Positions 10,301-19,390 of a DNA stretch of 64,000 bases are shown piece after piece. Both the position numbers and the translations under genes were made by a program. Positions within the stretch are counted from its first letter, which is position 1. Every line of letters starts with the position of its first letter. Under the pieces are notes generated by a model that worked only from the letters and a program-made list of their open reading frames with translations, was not told the DNA's origin and did no database searches. Location: sequence record OQ790161.1; one strand, written 5' to 3'.

Positions 10301-11693
10301 TGAGGAAGTCACCTACTCCGGTGTGGGTGGTCGTTCGGAACGTTCGATGGTCGGTCGTACCCGTGTGTATCATCCCAATGACTTGGGCGTGATCTCCGAG
10401 TCCACCAAGGATTCGGCGCAGGTGGCCATCACCACGTTCATGCCGGCAGATCCCACGCTGTTGAATGTGCGCGGTATGGCACGTCGCTTCGATCCGGAAA
10501 AGGACGGGATCACTTCGGTGATGTCGACCCCGGCTCTGTTGTCGCCGGCTGCCGATCGTGACGATCCCAAGCGCGTGAACTTCATCCCGATTCAGCACTC
10601 CTCCGGTACGTTCGCCAAGGGCTACCGTCAGACTCCGTTGCGTACGGGCTATGAGCGTGTGCTGGCACATCGCAATGACGACATGTTTGCTGCATCGGCT
10701 GACCAAGACGGTGTGGTGACCTCGTTGGACGCAACTCGTGGCATGGTCGTGACCTACGCTGACGGTTCCACCCAATCCATCAAGGTGGGGCGTCGCTTCG
10801 GTAAGGCCGCCGGTCTGGTGTTCCCCCATCAGCTGACGGCGATGTACCAAAAGGGTCAGTCCTTCAAGAAGGGCGACATCTTGGTGTACAACGAACGCTA
10901 CTACGAACCGGACAGGCTCACCCCCGGACAGGTGGTGTGGAAGGCCGGCCTGTTGGTCAACACGGCCATCATGGAAAACCCCGATACCCTGGAAGACTCC
11001 TCGGTGATTTCAGCCCGTGTGGCTGCGGATCTGGAAACCGAAATTACCTACGTCCGCGACATCGTCGTGGCCTTTGATCAGTCCATTCATGGGCTGGTGG
11101 AAGAGGGTAGCGAGGTGGAGATCGAGAGTATCCTATGTACGATCGAGGACGCTGTGACGGCCGAGAACAGTTTGTTTGACGAGAACTCGTTGGACATGCT
11201 GCGACTGCTGGCCGCCAACACGCCGCGTGCCAAGTACAAGGGCGTCGTGGAAAAGGTGGAGGTGTTCTACCACGGCGAGATCGACGACATGTCGACTTCG
11301 TTGATGGAGATTGCAGCTGAAAGTGACCGTGACCGCAAGCGTCAAGCACGGTCGCTGCAAGAGCAGGCCATGAATGGTAAGGTGGATTCGTCCACTCGTA
11401 TCCAGTCCAAGCCCCTGCCGGCTGACCATCTGCTGATCCGCGTGTATATCACCGGCGCCGCTTCGGCGGGTGTGGGTGATAAGGCTGTCTTCGCCAGCCA
11501 GTTGAAGACGGTGGTCGGTCGCGTCTTGAATGGCGTGAACGAAACCAAGTCGGGTCTGCCGGTGGATGCAATCTTCAGCTACGCATCGATCTCCAATCGC
11601 GTCGTTCGTAGCCCTGAAATCATGGGCATCACCAACGTCCTCCTCAAACTCATCAGTAAACGCATGGTAAGTGCGTACAAGAAGGGAAAGTAA
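7339..11693 (+). CDS. Virion RNA polymerase beta-like subunit (phiKZ gp178-like); apparent 1-nt frameshift near 7342-7347
   Basis: 1439-aa ORF from 7374 with beta motifs (GRSERSM, ISESTKDS..V, D.PKRVNF..IQ, EDS.VIS, GVGDK..F..Q.K.V). The open frame extends upstream as LYTPYFRKYGV but the nearest ATG (7339) is out of frame by one base at CCC-TTT. Corrected length would be about 1451 aa. Confidence 0.88.
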
Positions 11694-11696
11694 GTC

Positions 11697-11912
11697 ATGT
11701 CCAACCAAGTCCTGCAGAAAGCCCTGCAGCGCTCCAACGTGCCGTTGCTCGCCAACGCCATCGAACTGGGCGCACAAGGCATCCTCGAGGTCGCCGGTAA
11801 TGCCATCACCGATTCGGTGGATGGTGAACCGATGACCGCAGCGTTCCTGCACTCGGCCCTTGCGGCCCGGATGCAGTCGCTGATCGTCAACGACACCAAG
11901 ACCGGGAGCTAA
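11697..11912 (+). CDS. Small hypothetical protein (71 aa) in vRNAP operon
   Basis: Tightly packed between neighbours, with host-like codon bias. Confidence 0.7.
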   Translation: MSNQVLQKALQRSNVPLLANAIELGAQGILEVAGNAITDSVDGEPMTAAFLHSALAARMQSLIVNDTKTGS

Positions 11913-11917
11913 GCACC

Positions 11918-13354
11918 ATGTCCCTGAGCAAAACTTCCGTGGGCATGGCCCAGATCGTCAGCCAGTCCTTGCAGAACAAGGGCATCGAGCTGAGCGCGGT
12001 CAACGACACCCCGGTGCAGGTCCTGACCGACCTGTCCACCCAGCAGCTGATCATCGACGAAGGCGTCAAGGCCGCCGCCGGTGGTTTCGAACGTCCCGAG
12101 CTCAGCGTCTCGCTGCTCTCCGGTGCTGATGAACCCCTGCCGGGTCAGGTCGACTCGGCCCACACCCAACAGCTGGCCGAATCCAGTGCCCTGCTCTCGC
12201 GCGTCCTCAACGGCGCGCTGGACCTGGCCCAGAACACGGTCAACCCGATGATCGATCGTGTCGTCAAGAAGATCGGCGAAACCATCAGCCAGACCCTGGA
12301 AGCCACCGCCTCGCCGCTGGAGATCGTTCAGCAGCGTCCGGACCCGATCTTCGATTCGGTCTACCTCCAGGAATCGTCCGCGCGTTACCGCACGCAGGGT
12401 CGTGACATCAACCTGCGTTCGCTGGGCCTGAACAGCTCCTACATCGCCGGCAACGTCAAGGCACTGATGGCCACCGGTCATTCGGGCATGGATGCACAAG
12501 TCAGCGACTTCGTGGATCGTGTCGGCGATGACTTCATCATCAGCGTGTGGGACCAGATCTTCGGTGCTGCCAACAGCAACTCGATGCAGGTCTACGGTCG
12601 TCCGTCGCAGGCTCGTGAAGCCGTGGCTGCCTACTTCCTGGCCGCCTACGCACTCCAGAACGTTCCCTCGGGCCTGAACATCGACCTGAGCGAATACCGT
12701 GACTACTGCTCGCAAGTGCTGGCCTCGGCCGGCGCAGCGATCTGCGGCAGCTACGAAGACCGTGCGCAGCAGCGCAAGCATGGTCGCCTGGTGCTGACCT
12801 ACCCGATGGACACCACCCCGGTCGGTGCCGTCGTGGTGGACGGTGACAAGTACGTGGAATGGCTGGCTCAAGGCGGTTCGCCCGAAGCCCTGTTCGCCAC
12901 CGTCTACGGTGACCGCAACTTCGACAGCGCTCGCATGATCGAGCGCAAGGCATCGCTGGAACAGGACTGGGCACGCGTGATGATGTCCTACCAGTCCGTG
13001 GTTTCCACCAAGCGCTTCGATGCGGCCGTTGCCGGCCTGCGTGCGCAGATGACCTCCGAGATCAATGCGATCCCGGATGACCAGCTGATCGGTGACCGTG
13101 GTGCTTACCACGATCGTCTGCGTGAGCGTCTGCGTCATGCCAAGCTGCGCGACCTGGATCACCAGTGGCATTGGGCCCGCAAGGCCGTCTGCCGCGTCAT
13201 CTTCCCGCACACCGACGCCGAGTCGTTGCTGCTGGGCATCGATGAGCAGAGCAAGGTGCACCCGGACAAGCAGCCGCGTGAACTGGCCCTGTACGCCACG
13301 ATCGACCTGGTCGCGCGTTGGCTGGTCAACCAGCTCGCCCGTCAATACCACTGA
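11918..13354 (+). CDS. Putative virion structural protein (478 aa)
   Basis: Strong GC3 bias; located between vRNAP beta and the gp176-like gene, a position occupied by head proteins in phiKZ-like phages. Confidence 0.6.
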   Translation: MSLSKTSVGMAQIVSQSLQNKGIELSAVNDTPVQVLTDLSTQQLIIDEGVKAAAGGFERPELSVSLLSGADEPLPGQVDSAHTQQLAESSALLSRVLNGALDLAQNTVNPMIDRVVKKIGETISQTLEATASPLEIVQQRPDPIFDSVYLQESSARYRTQGRDINLRSLGLNSSYIAGNVKALMATGHSGMDAQVSDFVDRVGDDFIISVWDQIFGAANSNSMQVYGRPSQAREAVAAYFLAAYALQNVPSGLNIDLSEYRDYCSQVLASAGAAICGSYEDRAQQRKHGRLVLTYPMDTTPVGAVVVDGDKYVEWLAQGGSPEALFATVYGDRNFDSARMIERKASLEQDWARVMMSYQSVVSTKRFDAAVAGLRAQMTSEINAIPDDQLIGDRGAYHDRLRERLRHAKLRDLDHQWHWARKAVCRVIFPHTDAESLLLGIDEQSKVHPDKQPRELALYATIDLVARWLVNQLARQYH

Positions 13355-13362
13355 GGTGATCC

Positions 13363-14088
13363 ATGGATCCTTCAGTGTTGAAACGCGATGCCAGTAAGGT
13401 TCGTCCTGTCCTGGTGAAGCAAGCTGATGGATCGGTGCTCACTTCGAAGCCGCTCAAGATCTACGTGCCGGAACGGTACACGGAAAAGGGGCTGGCTGAG
13501 ATCGGGTCGGAGACATACATCGTGGGTATCTTCGCGATGGTGGTGGAGGATAAGTATTACGCGGTGAGTAAAATCAACGCCATGATGCGCATCAAGCCCA
13601 CCACCATCTCCACGGTGAAGTTCGAAGGAACCTCCTACTTGGAGTTCTACTTCGAACCGGGGAGCGTGGTCTTTGCGACCACCTCCCTGATCATGTCCGA
13701 CACGCTGGTGTACAACATCTTCTACAACTTCATTTCCAACGGCACCGTGCCGTGGTTCTTGTCGTATGAGGATGTTGCCACCTTGTTTGCAAGCGCCGAC
13801 CGACACGCTGGCGTTGATTTGACCCGGAGTCACACGATCCTGGAGATGTTCGCAGCAGCCATTGCTCGCGATCCGAATCAGCGCACCAAGTACTATCGGC
13901 ATACCCTCGACGATACCGATAAGACCCCCACCGAACCGGTGGCGTACATCGCCCTGCGAAATATCTCGCTGGGTGCGACCAACACCACTGCCCGTTTGGG
14001 TGGTTCGTATTGGAACGATGGTCTGACTTCGGCTTTGGCCAACCCCAGCACCCGTCTGGAGAAGGTCGAACAACTTCTGCGCAGTTAA
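13363..14088 (+). CDS. phiKZ gp176-like protein (putative fifth virion RNAP subunit)
   Basis: LKRD..KV...KIYVPERY...LAEIG.ETYI.GIFA..V...YY.VS pattern; directly upstream of the prohead protease. Confidence 0.7.
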   Translation: MDPSVLKRDASKVRPVLVKQADGSVLTSKPLKIYVPERYTEKGLAEIGSETYIVGIFAMVVEDKYYAVSKINAMMRIKPTTISTVKFEGTSYLEFYFEPGSVVFATTSLIMSDTLVYNIFYNFISNGTVPWFLSYEDVATLFASADRHAGVDLTRSHTILEMFAAAIARDPNQRTKYYRHTLDDTDKTPTEPVAYIALRNISLGATNTTARLGGSYWNDGLTSALANPSTRLEKVEQLLRS

Positions 14089-14098
14089 AGGAAACGGT

Positions 14099-14890
14099 AT
14101 GAACGGCTTCTCCCTTTCCTGCACCGCGCTCTTGGGTACCAACAAAGCCGGAACCCTCAAGCCCGATGCAGACGGCTACTACACCGTGGTGCTGGGCGCT
14201 CTGGACGTGTTCAACTCGTCCGGCGCTTACTACCCGGAGGCTTCGGCCAAACACCTGTTCCAACAGTCCGCCTCGCTGATGCGTCGTATTGCCTCGGGCA
14301 ATCTGCGCGGTGAGTATGGTCACCCCCGGCCTCAGCCGGGTATGACTCCGGATGATTGGGTCAACCGGGTGCGCGACATCTACGAACCGAATGTGTGCAT
14401 GCACATTCGCAAGGTGACGGTCGACTACACCTCCTTCCGCAATGAGCAAGGCCAACCGGTGATCACGATCGTCGGTGAAGTCAAGCCCTCCGGTCCGAAT
14501 GGTCCGGCGCTGAAGGAGCAGTTTGACAACCGTCACGAGGACGTGTGCTTCTCGATTCGTTCGCTGACCAACGATGACTTCCGCATGGGTCGTGTTACCA
14601 AACACATCAAGCTGATCGTCACCTGGGACTACGTGAACGAGCCGGGTCTGGCACAGGCCCACAAGTGGAACTCTCCGTCGCTGGAATCCCACAGCGAAGC
14701 AGTGATGGGCGGCGATGCGTATGCACTGGCAGAACAGATGATCCTTCCGGGTCAGCTGCTGGCCATGAGCAAGCGCATGGGCCACTCGGCTGTCTCGATG
14801 GAATCCAATGGCGGTGTTTCGATGGAATCGCTCATCGAAGCTGTCACCCTGGAACCGGAAGCCACCCGGCCGGCCTCGGCCCGCTGGTAA
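14099..14890 (+). CDS. Prohead (head maturation) serine protease, phiKZ gp175-like
   Basis: LRGEYGHP (His), CFSIRS (Ser) and TWDYVNEPG (Asp) motifs; C-terminal SLE/SME sites are candidate autocleavage sites. Confidence 0.88.
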   Translation: MNGFSLSCTALLGTNKAGTLKPDADGYYTVVLGALDVFNSSGAYYPEASAKHLFQQSASLMRRIASGNLRGEYGHPRPQPGMTPDDWVNRVRDIYEPNVCMHIRKVTVDYTSFRNEQGQPVITIVGEVKPSGPNGPALKEQFDNRHEDVCFSIRSLTNDDFRMGRVTKHIKLIVTWDYVNEPGLAQAHKWNSPSLESHSEAVMGGDAYALAEQMILPGQLLAMSKRMGHSAVSMESNGGVSMESLIEAVTLEPEATRPASARW

Positions 14891-14892
14891 CC

Positions 14893-14929
14893 GACATAAC
14901 GCCCCCGCCTTCGGGCGGGGGCTTATGCT
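14893..14929 (+). repeat. CATA-hairpin(cUUCGg)-TATGC intergenic element
   Basis: GACATA-ac-GCCCCCGCC-ttcg-GGCGGGGGC-t-TATGC. Confidence 0.7.
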
Positions 14930-15022
14930 GCCGTAGTCAAAAAAGAAATACACCTGTACTATTCATGTGCAGACGCCCATCATGAGCGCCTTATCTGCTA
15001 ACCCTGAAGAGGAGTATTGCCA

Positions 15023-15133
15023 ATGCAGGACACCACCAGCTTCGTCTCGCAGACGACTGGCGATTGGATTGACGGTTTCGGCGAAGGACTGCGCAACGGC
15101 TTCGGCTGTGGTGAAGTCGTCGGCGGCTTCTGA
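15023..15133 (+). CDS. 36-aa Gly-rich peptide (MQDTTSFVSQTTGDWIDGFGEGLRNGFGCGEVVGGF)
   Basis: GAGGAG RBS 8 nt before the ATG; TGA at 15131-15133 followed by a UUCG hairpin; AT-rich TACTAT-containing leader. Below the ORF-track size cutoff. Confidence 0.55.
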   Translation: MQDTTSFVSQTTGDWIDGFGEGLRNGFGCGEVVGGF

Positions 15134-15147
15134 TTCAACTGCCTGGT

Positions 15148-15176
15148 GCCCCACCCTTCGGGGTGGGGCTTTATGC
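15148..15176 (+). terminator. cUUCGg hairpin followed by TTTATGC
   Basis: GCCCCACCC-ttcg-GGGTGGGGC-tt-TATGC. Confidence 0.6.
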
Positions 15177-15245
15177 TCGTGTGAAGAAAACGTGTAAACT
15201 TTGACAGAGCCGCAGGGTCTTGTAGACTTTCTCCAGCTCATCGCC

Positions 15246-16529
15246 ATGAACGAACTCTTCGCAGCCTATTCGGAGCTGCTCAAAACCAATCCGGTTGCAG
15301 CATCGATTCTGCCGTTGTATCTGGCAGGTGTCGCTACCTTCTTCTTCCGCAACCTTCCGATGAAGTTGTGGGGAATGATCAAAGGTCAATCCACCACCAC
15401 GCTGAATCTGCTCTCCTCGGGCGCCGGTTCTGCGGACATGCAGTACTTCAGCTTTCTCAAGTGGTTCGTCGATCGTGGCTTCATGAAGTGGTCCCGCTCG
15501 TTGGCGGTTGAATCCTCTTGGAGTGGTGACAACGCTGACGGCCAAGTTCTGCCGGGCAACGGCACCCATTACTTCCTCTGGAAAGGTCGCCTGTGTTGGC
15601 TGACCAAATCCCGAGTGGAGACCAGCGGTACGATGTACCAGATCACGCACTCCATCACCGTGGGTATGGTCGGTCGCGATCAGCAGCGCCTGAAAGACAT
15701 GGTGGACGAATTCCGCTGGAGACCCAGTAAGGATCGAGGTCATCTGTTCACTGCCGATCTGGCGGCAGCAAGCTGGTCGACCCAGCACAAGATCTCCCCG
15801 CGTAAGCTCAACACCATCGTGCTCAACGCAGGGGTGATGGAGAGCCTCGTAGAACGCATCCAGTGGTTCATCGACAACCGCGAGTGGTACATGTCCCGCG
15901 GATTGCCGTATCGCCTTGTGGTGCTGCTGGAGGGCCCTCCGGGCACCGGCAAGACTAGTTTGCTGCGCGCACTGACCACGCACTTCAAGCGCAACCTGTG
16001 CCCGTTGAATCTGGCCACGGTGAGCGAAGAGAAGTTGCCGGTCTTGCTGCGCAACGCACCGGAAGATTCCTTCATCGTGATGGAAGACTTCGACGCCTGT
16101 CCGGCAGTGCTCAAGGCTGACGCCAAACCCAAGGGCGATAACGCCACCGCCGCAATGGCCGACCTGTTCGGTCGCTCGGGTAAGTCGGCGCTGCTGCAAG
16201 CCCTCGACGGTGTGGACGTGTTGGATGGTCAGGTCATCTTCCTGACGACCAACTACATCGAACGCATCGAACCGGCGATGATCCGCGATGAGCGTGTCAA
16301 TGAGATGGTCCACCTCGGACTGCTCAACGACGAAGCCATCCATCGCTATATCGCCAACGTGTTCCCCGAACACACCAACGAACCACCGTTGGTCTACGCA
16401 CCGGTTGCCGGTGCGACGCTTCAGAAGTTGTACGTGCGTAACCACGAATCCTACCGGGCGTTTATCGATTCGATCCCGGTAGTCAATCCCGACATGTCGT
16501 CGGTCCATCAGGAACAGGAGGTTGTGTAA
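15246..16529 (+). CDS. AAA+ ATPase, BCS1-like, with N-terminal membrane anchor
   Basis: Walker A GPPGTGKT, Walker B FIVMEDFD, LLQALDGV, VIFLTTN and an SRH-like IEPAMIRDERV; hydrophobic N-terminal helix (ASILPLYLAGVATFFF). Confidence 0.8.
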   Translation: MNELFAAYSELLKTNPVAASILPLYLAGVATFFFRNLPMKLWGMIKGQSTTTLNLLSSGAGSADMQYFSFLKWFVDRGFMKWSRSLAVESSWSGDNADGQVLPGNGTHYFLWKGRLCWLTKSRVETSGTMYQITHSITVGMVGRDQQRLKDMVDEFRWRPSKDRGHLFTADLAAASWSTQHKISPRKLNTIVLNAGVMESLVERIQWFIDNREWYMSRGLPYRLVVLLEGPPGTGKTSLLRALTTHFKRNLCPLNLATVSEEKLPVLLRNAPEDSFIVMEDFDACPAVLKADAKPKGDNATAAMADLFGRSGKSALLQALDGVDVLDGQVIFLTTNYIERIEPAMIRDERVNEMVHLGLLNDEAIHRYIANVFPEHTNEPPLVYAPVAGATLQKLYVRNHESYRAFIDSIPVVNPDMSSVHQEQEVV

Positions 16530-16939
16530 TGGGTCATGTTACCCGTCATGAAGTTGGCGAGTTGATCGAGAAGTTCAAGAACCGTGTGATGCCGAAGAGC
16601 ATGGCGCTGGGAATGCCCGGCCTGCTCTACGCTGGCATCAATGCGGTGGAGTACGAACTGAAGAAAACGACAGGGGCTCCCGAGCCGCTGTTGCGCAACT
16701 ACGCACGGGTGCTGAAGCATTACATCGAAGCGCCGGTGGATCCGAAGAACATCAACTACGCCAACACGGCCATCCATCTGGTGGGCCAAGGCGCTGATGC
16801 AACGGCGGCCATCAAGAAGGCCCGCAAGACCTACGAAGCCATGCACGACCCCAAGCGCATCCAGAAGGAAGCCAAGGCGGCCATGCAGCGCATCGTGGCG
16901 GAAGAGCAGCGCCAGCAGGCGCCGCAGCCCACGGCCTAA
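16529..16939 (+). CDS. Hypothetical protein (136 aa)
   Basis: TAATG coupling to the AAA gene; host-like codon bias. Confidence 0.7.
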   Translation: MGHVTRHEVGELIEKFKNRVMPKSMALGMPGLLYAGINAVEYELKKTTGAPEPLLRNYARVLKHYIEAPVDPKNINYANTAIHLVGQGADATAAIKKARKTYEAMHDPKRIQKEAKAAMQRIVAEEQRQQAPQPTA

Positions 16940-16944
16940 GCAAC

Positions 16945-16980
16945 GGCATACGGCGGGAGGGTGACCTCCCGCTTTATGCC
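16945..16980 (+). repeat. GGCATA-hairpin-TATGCC intergenic element
   Basis: GGCATA-c-GGCGGGAGG-gtga-CCTCCCGCT-t-TATGCC (GNRA loop variant). Confidence 0.7.
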
Positions 16981-16995
16981 CCCAACGAGGTAATC

Positions 16996-17922
16996 ATGGA
17001 AAAGGACAACAAGGTCGTCCACTTCAACCACCGGCTCATCAACAAGAGCGCTGGGGATCTGGTCGATTATCTCAAGTACCTTGGTGCGCCGGGTCCTTTG
17101 CAGACCCTGGTGTTCGAAGCGGCCAAAGACCATTTCGAGATGAACAAGGCCAACGGTGAGATCACCTTCAAGATCAACACCCGAATGATGCGTGGGGCCT
17201 GCGAACTGCGTATGGGCACCGACGTGTTCGAGGGTAAGGAATCTGAAGATGAAGTACTGCCGTTGGTGTTCATCTCCAGCAGCATGATGCACATGGGCCA
17301 CTACTCCGCCGTGGCCGGGCTGGAACCCCATGACATTGATGACTGGGAGAAGACCGACCAGTTCTTCAAGGATCATCTGCATTGGTTGCTGGACGCTGCT
17401 GGTGCGCACGCACCGGGCACTGGCATGAATGAAGCCTTTGCCTTTGCATCGTGCTTCTTGATGAATCTGATGCGCAATTCCAGTCAGGTCTACATGGTGG
17501 AAGAGAAGACCGGTACCTCGGCCGGTACTCGCCACTACTTCGGACTGGCGGACCATCCAGAGTCGGAGGAAGATCTGGAGTTCATCAGCATCACCTTCAC
17601 CGCGATGGGTATCGAGCATGACAAGAAGCGCAATCTGAGGATCGCGCGTGCAAAGATGCCCAGCTATGCACCAATGTGGACCAACGAGGAAGAAGGCACG
17701 ATCAAGGCCACCTTGACCATGCATAAGGAATCCTCGCCCTTGTTCAAGGGGCAGAAGCCGCATGTGTGGGAGGAGATCATCGGTACGGACCGCAAGGCCA
17801 TGGAGGCGCATATCCGTTCCTCGTTGAAGTGGTTGGCCCACTACGGACTGTACTTCAACACCGAAGGGTGGGAGTACAATGTCAAGTGGGGTACCCACAA
17901 ACCCAAGAAGAAACGGGAATAA
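16996..17922 (+). CDS. Hypothetical protein (308 aa)
   Basis: GAGG RBS and clean ORF; no recognisable motif. Confidence 0.7.
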   Translation: MEKDNKVVHFNHRLINKSAGDLVDYLKYLGAPGPLQTLVFEAAKDHFEMNKANGEITFKINTRMMRGACELRMGTDVFEGKESEDEVLPLVFISSSMMHMGHYSAVAGLEPHDIDDWEKTDQFFKDHLHWLLDAAGAHAPGTGMNEAFAFASCFLMNLMRNSSQVYMVEEKTGTSAGTRHYFGLADHPESEEDLEFISITFTAMGIEHDKKRNLRIARAKMPSYAPMWTNEEEGTIKATLTMHKESSPLFKGQKPHVWEEIIGTDRKAMEAHIRSSLKWLAHYGLYFNTEGWEYNVKWGTHKPKKKRE

Positions 17923-18085
17923 ACGGGAATCAAACCCATACCATCCCTTTGTAACGGTCCCGCCTAAGACTGTTGCGAGCTCGCAAGTCCAGCTTGACCC
18001 CTGTATTTTGTTACCTAACTGTGGGTAGCATGTGCAGGATGCTAGTTTCATCCCATACCCAGAAACCTGAACAAGGATAATCGCA

Positions 18086-18583
18086 ATGACCGCAGCAACC
18101 GCAACCAAGAAGAACGATTCGGCCACCGCCCAGCCGGAAATCAAGATCTCCGAAACCGTCAAGTCCCTGTCGGACGTGTTCGCCAAGTCGATGAAGGTCG
18201 AGAAGGACGGCACCGTCGTCATCGAAGGCGACCTGGTCAACGACAACCTGCCGACCGACCTGGACGCCGCCACCATCAAGCGCGTGCAGAAGCACCGCGG
18301 TGAAGTCGTGGCCGCCGCCACCCTGGCCCTGGCCCAGCACGGCATGAAGCACCTGGGCAAGAACAAGGACGCCGACAAGGTGTCGGTCCAGTTCAAGATC
18401 GGCCAAGACAAGGTCGACCTGGCCTTCGAGCGTTCGCGCGAGTTCAACGACGGCAAGGGTGGCAAGGTCACCAAGCACGGCTACGTGAGCCTGGGCTACA
18501 CCGCCGCCGGCGCCACCAACACCGGTGACTTCAAGAAGGCCCGCGAGCAGATCAGTCGCGAAGCCGCCGAAATCTTCGGCTAA
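18086..18583 (+). CDS. Lys/Ala-rich hypothetical protein, probably highly expressed (165 aa)
   Basis: AAGGA RBS and extreme GC3 bias; flanked by an AT-rich leader and a downstream hairpin, suggesting a monocistronic unit. Confidence 0.75.
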   Translation: MTAATATKKNDSATAQPEIKISETVKSLSDVFAKSMKVEKDGTVVIEGDLVNDNLPTDLDAATIKRVQKHRGEVVAAATLALAQHGMKHLGKNKDADKVSVQFKIGQDKVDLAFERSREFNDGKGGKVTKHGYVSLGYTAAGATNTGDFKKAREQISREAAEIFG

Positions 18584-18614
18584 GCATCGGCCGCGCCGAT
18601 TAGGCGCACTAGAG

Positions 18615-18648
18615 CAGCGGGGTCCTTCGGGACCCCGCTGTCCTATGC
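18615..18648 (+). terminator. cUUCGg hairpin with TATGC tail
   Basis: CAGCGGGGTCC-ttcg-GGACCCCGCTG-tcc-TATGC. Confidence 0.65.
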
Positions 18649-18678
18649 AGTTCTCTTTTTCAAAGCAAAGGAAGTAGT

Positions 18679-18852
18679 GTGTCAATAGTAAAGGAACGAG
18701 TGAGCGTATCGGAGATGGTCCGCACCCTGCAGAATCGGCAGTACACCGCAGAGGCCATCGCCAATGCGACCAGCCTGCCTATCAAACAAATCAAGCAGAT
18801 CATGTCCGATGAGACTCCCTCGATGTTCCCCGAGGGTTTCAAGAAGTCCTGA
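18679..18852 (+). CDS. Small putative helix-turn-helix protein (57 aa)
   Basis: GTG start after AAGGAAG; translation includes YTAEAIANATSLPIKQIKQIM; TGA at 18850-18852. Not in the ORF track. Confidence 0.5.
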   Translation: MSIVKERVSVSEMVRTLQNRQYTAEAIANATSLPIKQIKQIMSDETPSMFPEGFKKS

Positions 18853-18865
18853 GTAGGAGAGCGTC

Positions 18866-19390
18866 ATGCCGAAAGTTTTTACCATCCAAGTCGGCAAATG
18901 GCGACTGGCTAAAGACCGTGACATCAAGGTCATGGACACCACCGTCAAGTCCGGCTATTCGATCTTCGCCCCCACATGGGACATGGTTCTGGGGATTAAG
19001 AACGGCTCGATGGATGAGGACACTTACAGTCAGCTCTATCGCGATATGCTGGTTCAGTCGTGGAAGGGCAACCGACAGAAGTGGATGGACTTTCTCAACG
19101 ATGATGATCAGTATGCACTGGCCTGCTATTGCAAGGCTGGTGTGTTCTGTCACCGTCACCTGCTGGTCAAGTTTTTGCAACAGCTGTGTAAGCAGCTGAA
19201 CATTCCTTTCGAATACTACGGCGAGCTTACCAATGATCCACAGCTTGAAAATCCCCACCCCGTTACGCAACTGGTTCTCCCCTCCTCCGGTGGTGAGCGA
19301 ACCGACACCTCCGGCAGTACCGACCAGCCCGCCGCTGGTAGCAGCAGCGCCGATCCTGGACAACGCGATGGTGATCCTGGCTCTTCTTGA
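18866..19390 (+). CDS. DUF488-like protein; true stop probably near 19235
   Basis: FAPTWDMV...Y...L....LACYC....FCHRHLL pattern. The low-complexity tail overlaps the next gene by 158 nt; ACC AAT GA could be ACC AAA TGA missing one A. Confidence 0.55.
   Translation: MPKVFTIQVGKWRLAKDRDIKVMDTTVKSGYSIFAPTWDMVLGIKNGSMDEDTYSQLYRDMLVQSWKGNRQKWMDFLNDDDQYALACYCKAGVFCHRHLLVKFLQQLCKQLNIPFEYYGELTNDPQLENPHPVTQLVLPSSGGERTDTSGSTDQPAAGSSSADPGQRDGDPGSS

Noticed and set aside
8406-10850. 814-aa minus-strand ORF; likewise 26820..29459, 48626..50824, 52258..54438, 11909..13351, 29499..31346
   Set aside because: Antisense shadows of vRNAP beta, structural genes, DNA polymerase and chimallin, with no protein-like motifs.
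15023-15133. Lasso-peptide or other RiPP gene cluster
   Set aside because: The precursor-like spacing is present, but no cyclase, peptidase or RRE gene is recognisable nearby; kept only as a peptide finding.
14967-15197. 76-aa ORF from the track
   Set aside because: It has no RBS and runs through a terminator-like hairpin; the 36-aa ORF in another frame has a strong RBS and ends before the hairpin.
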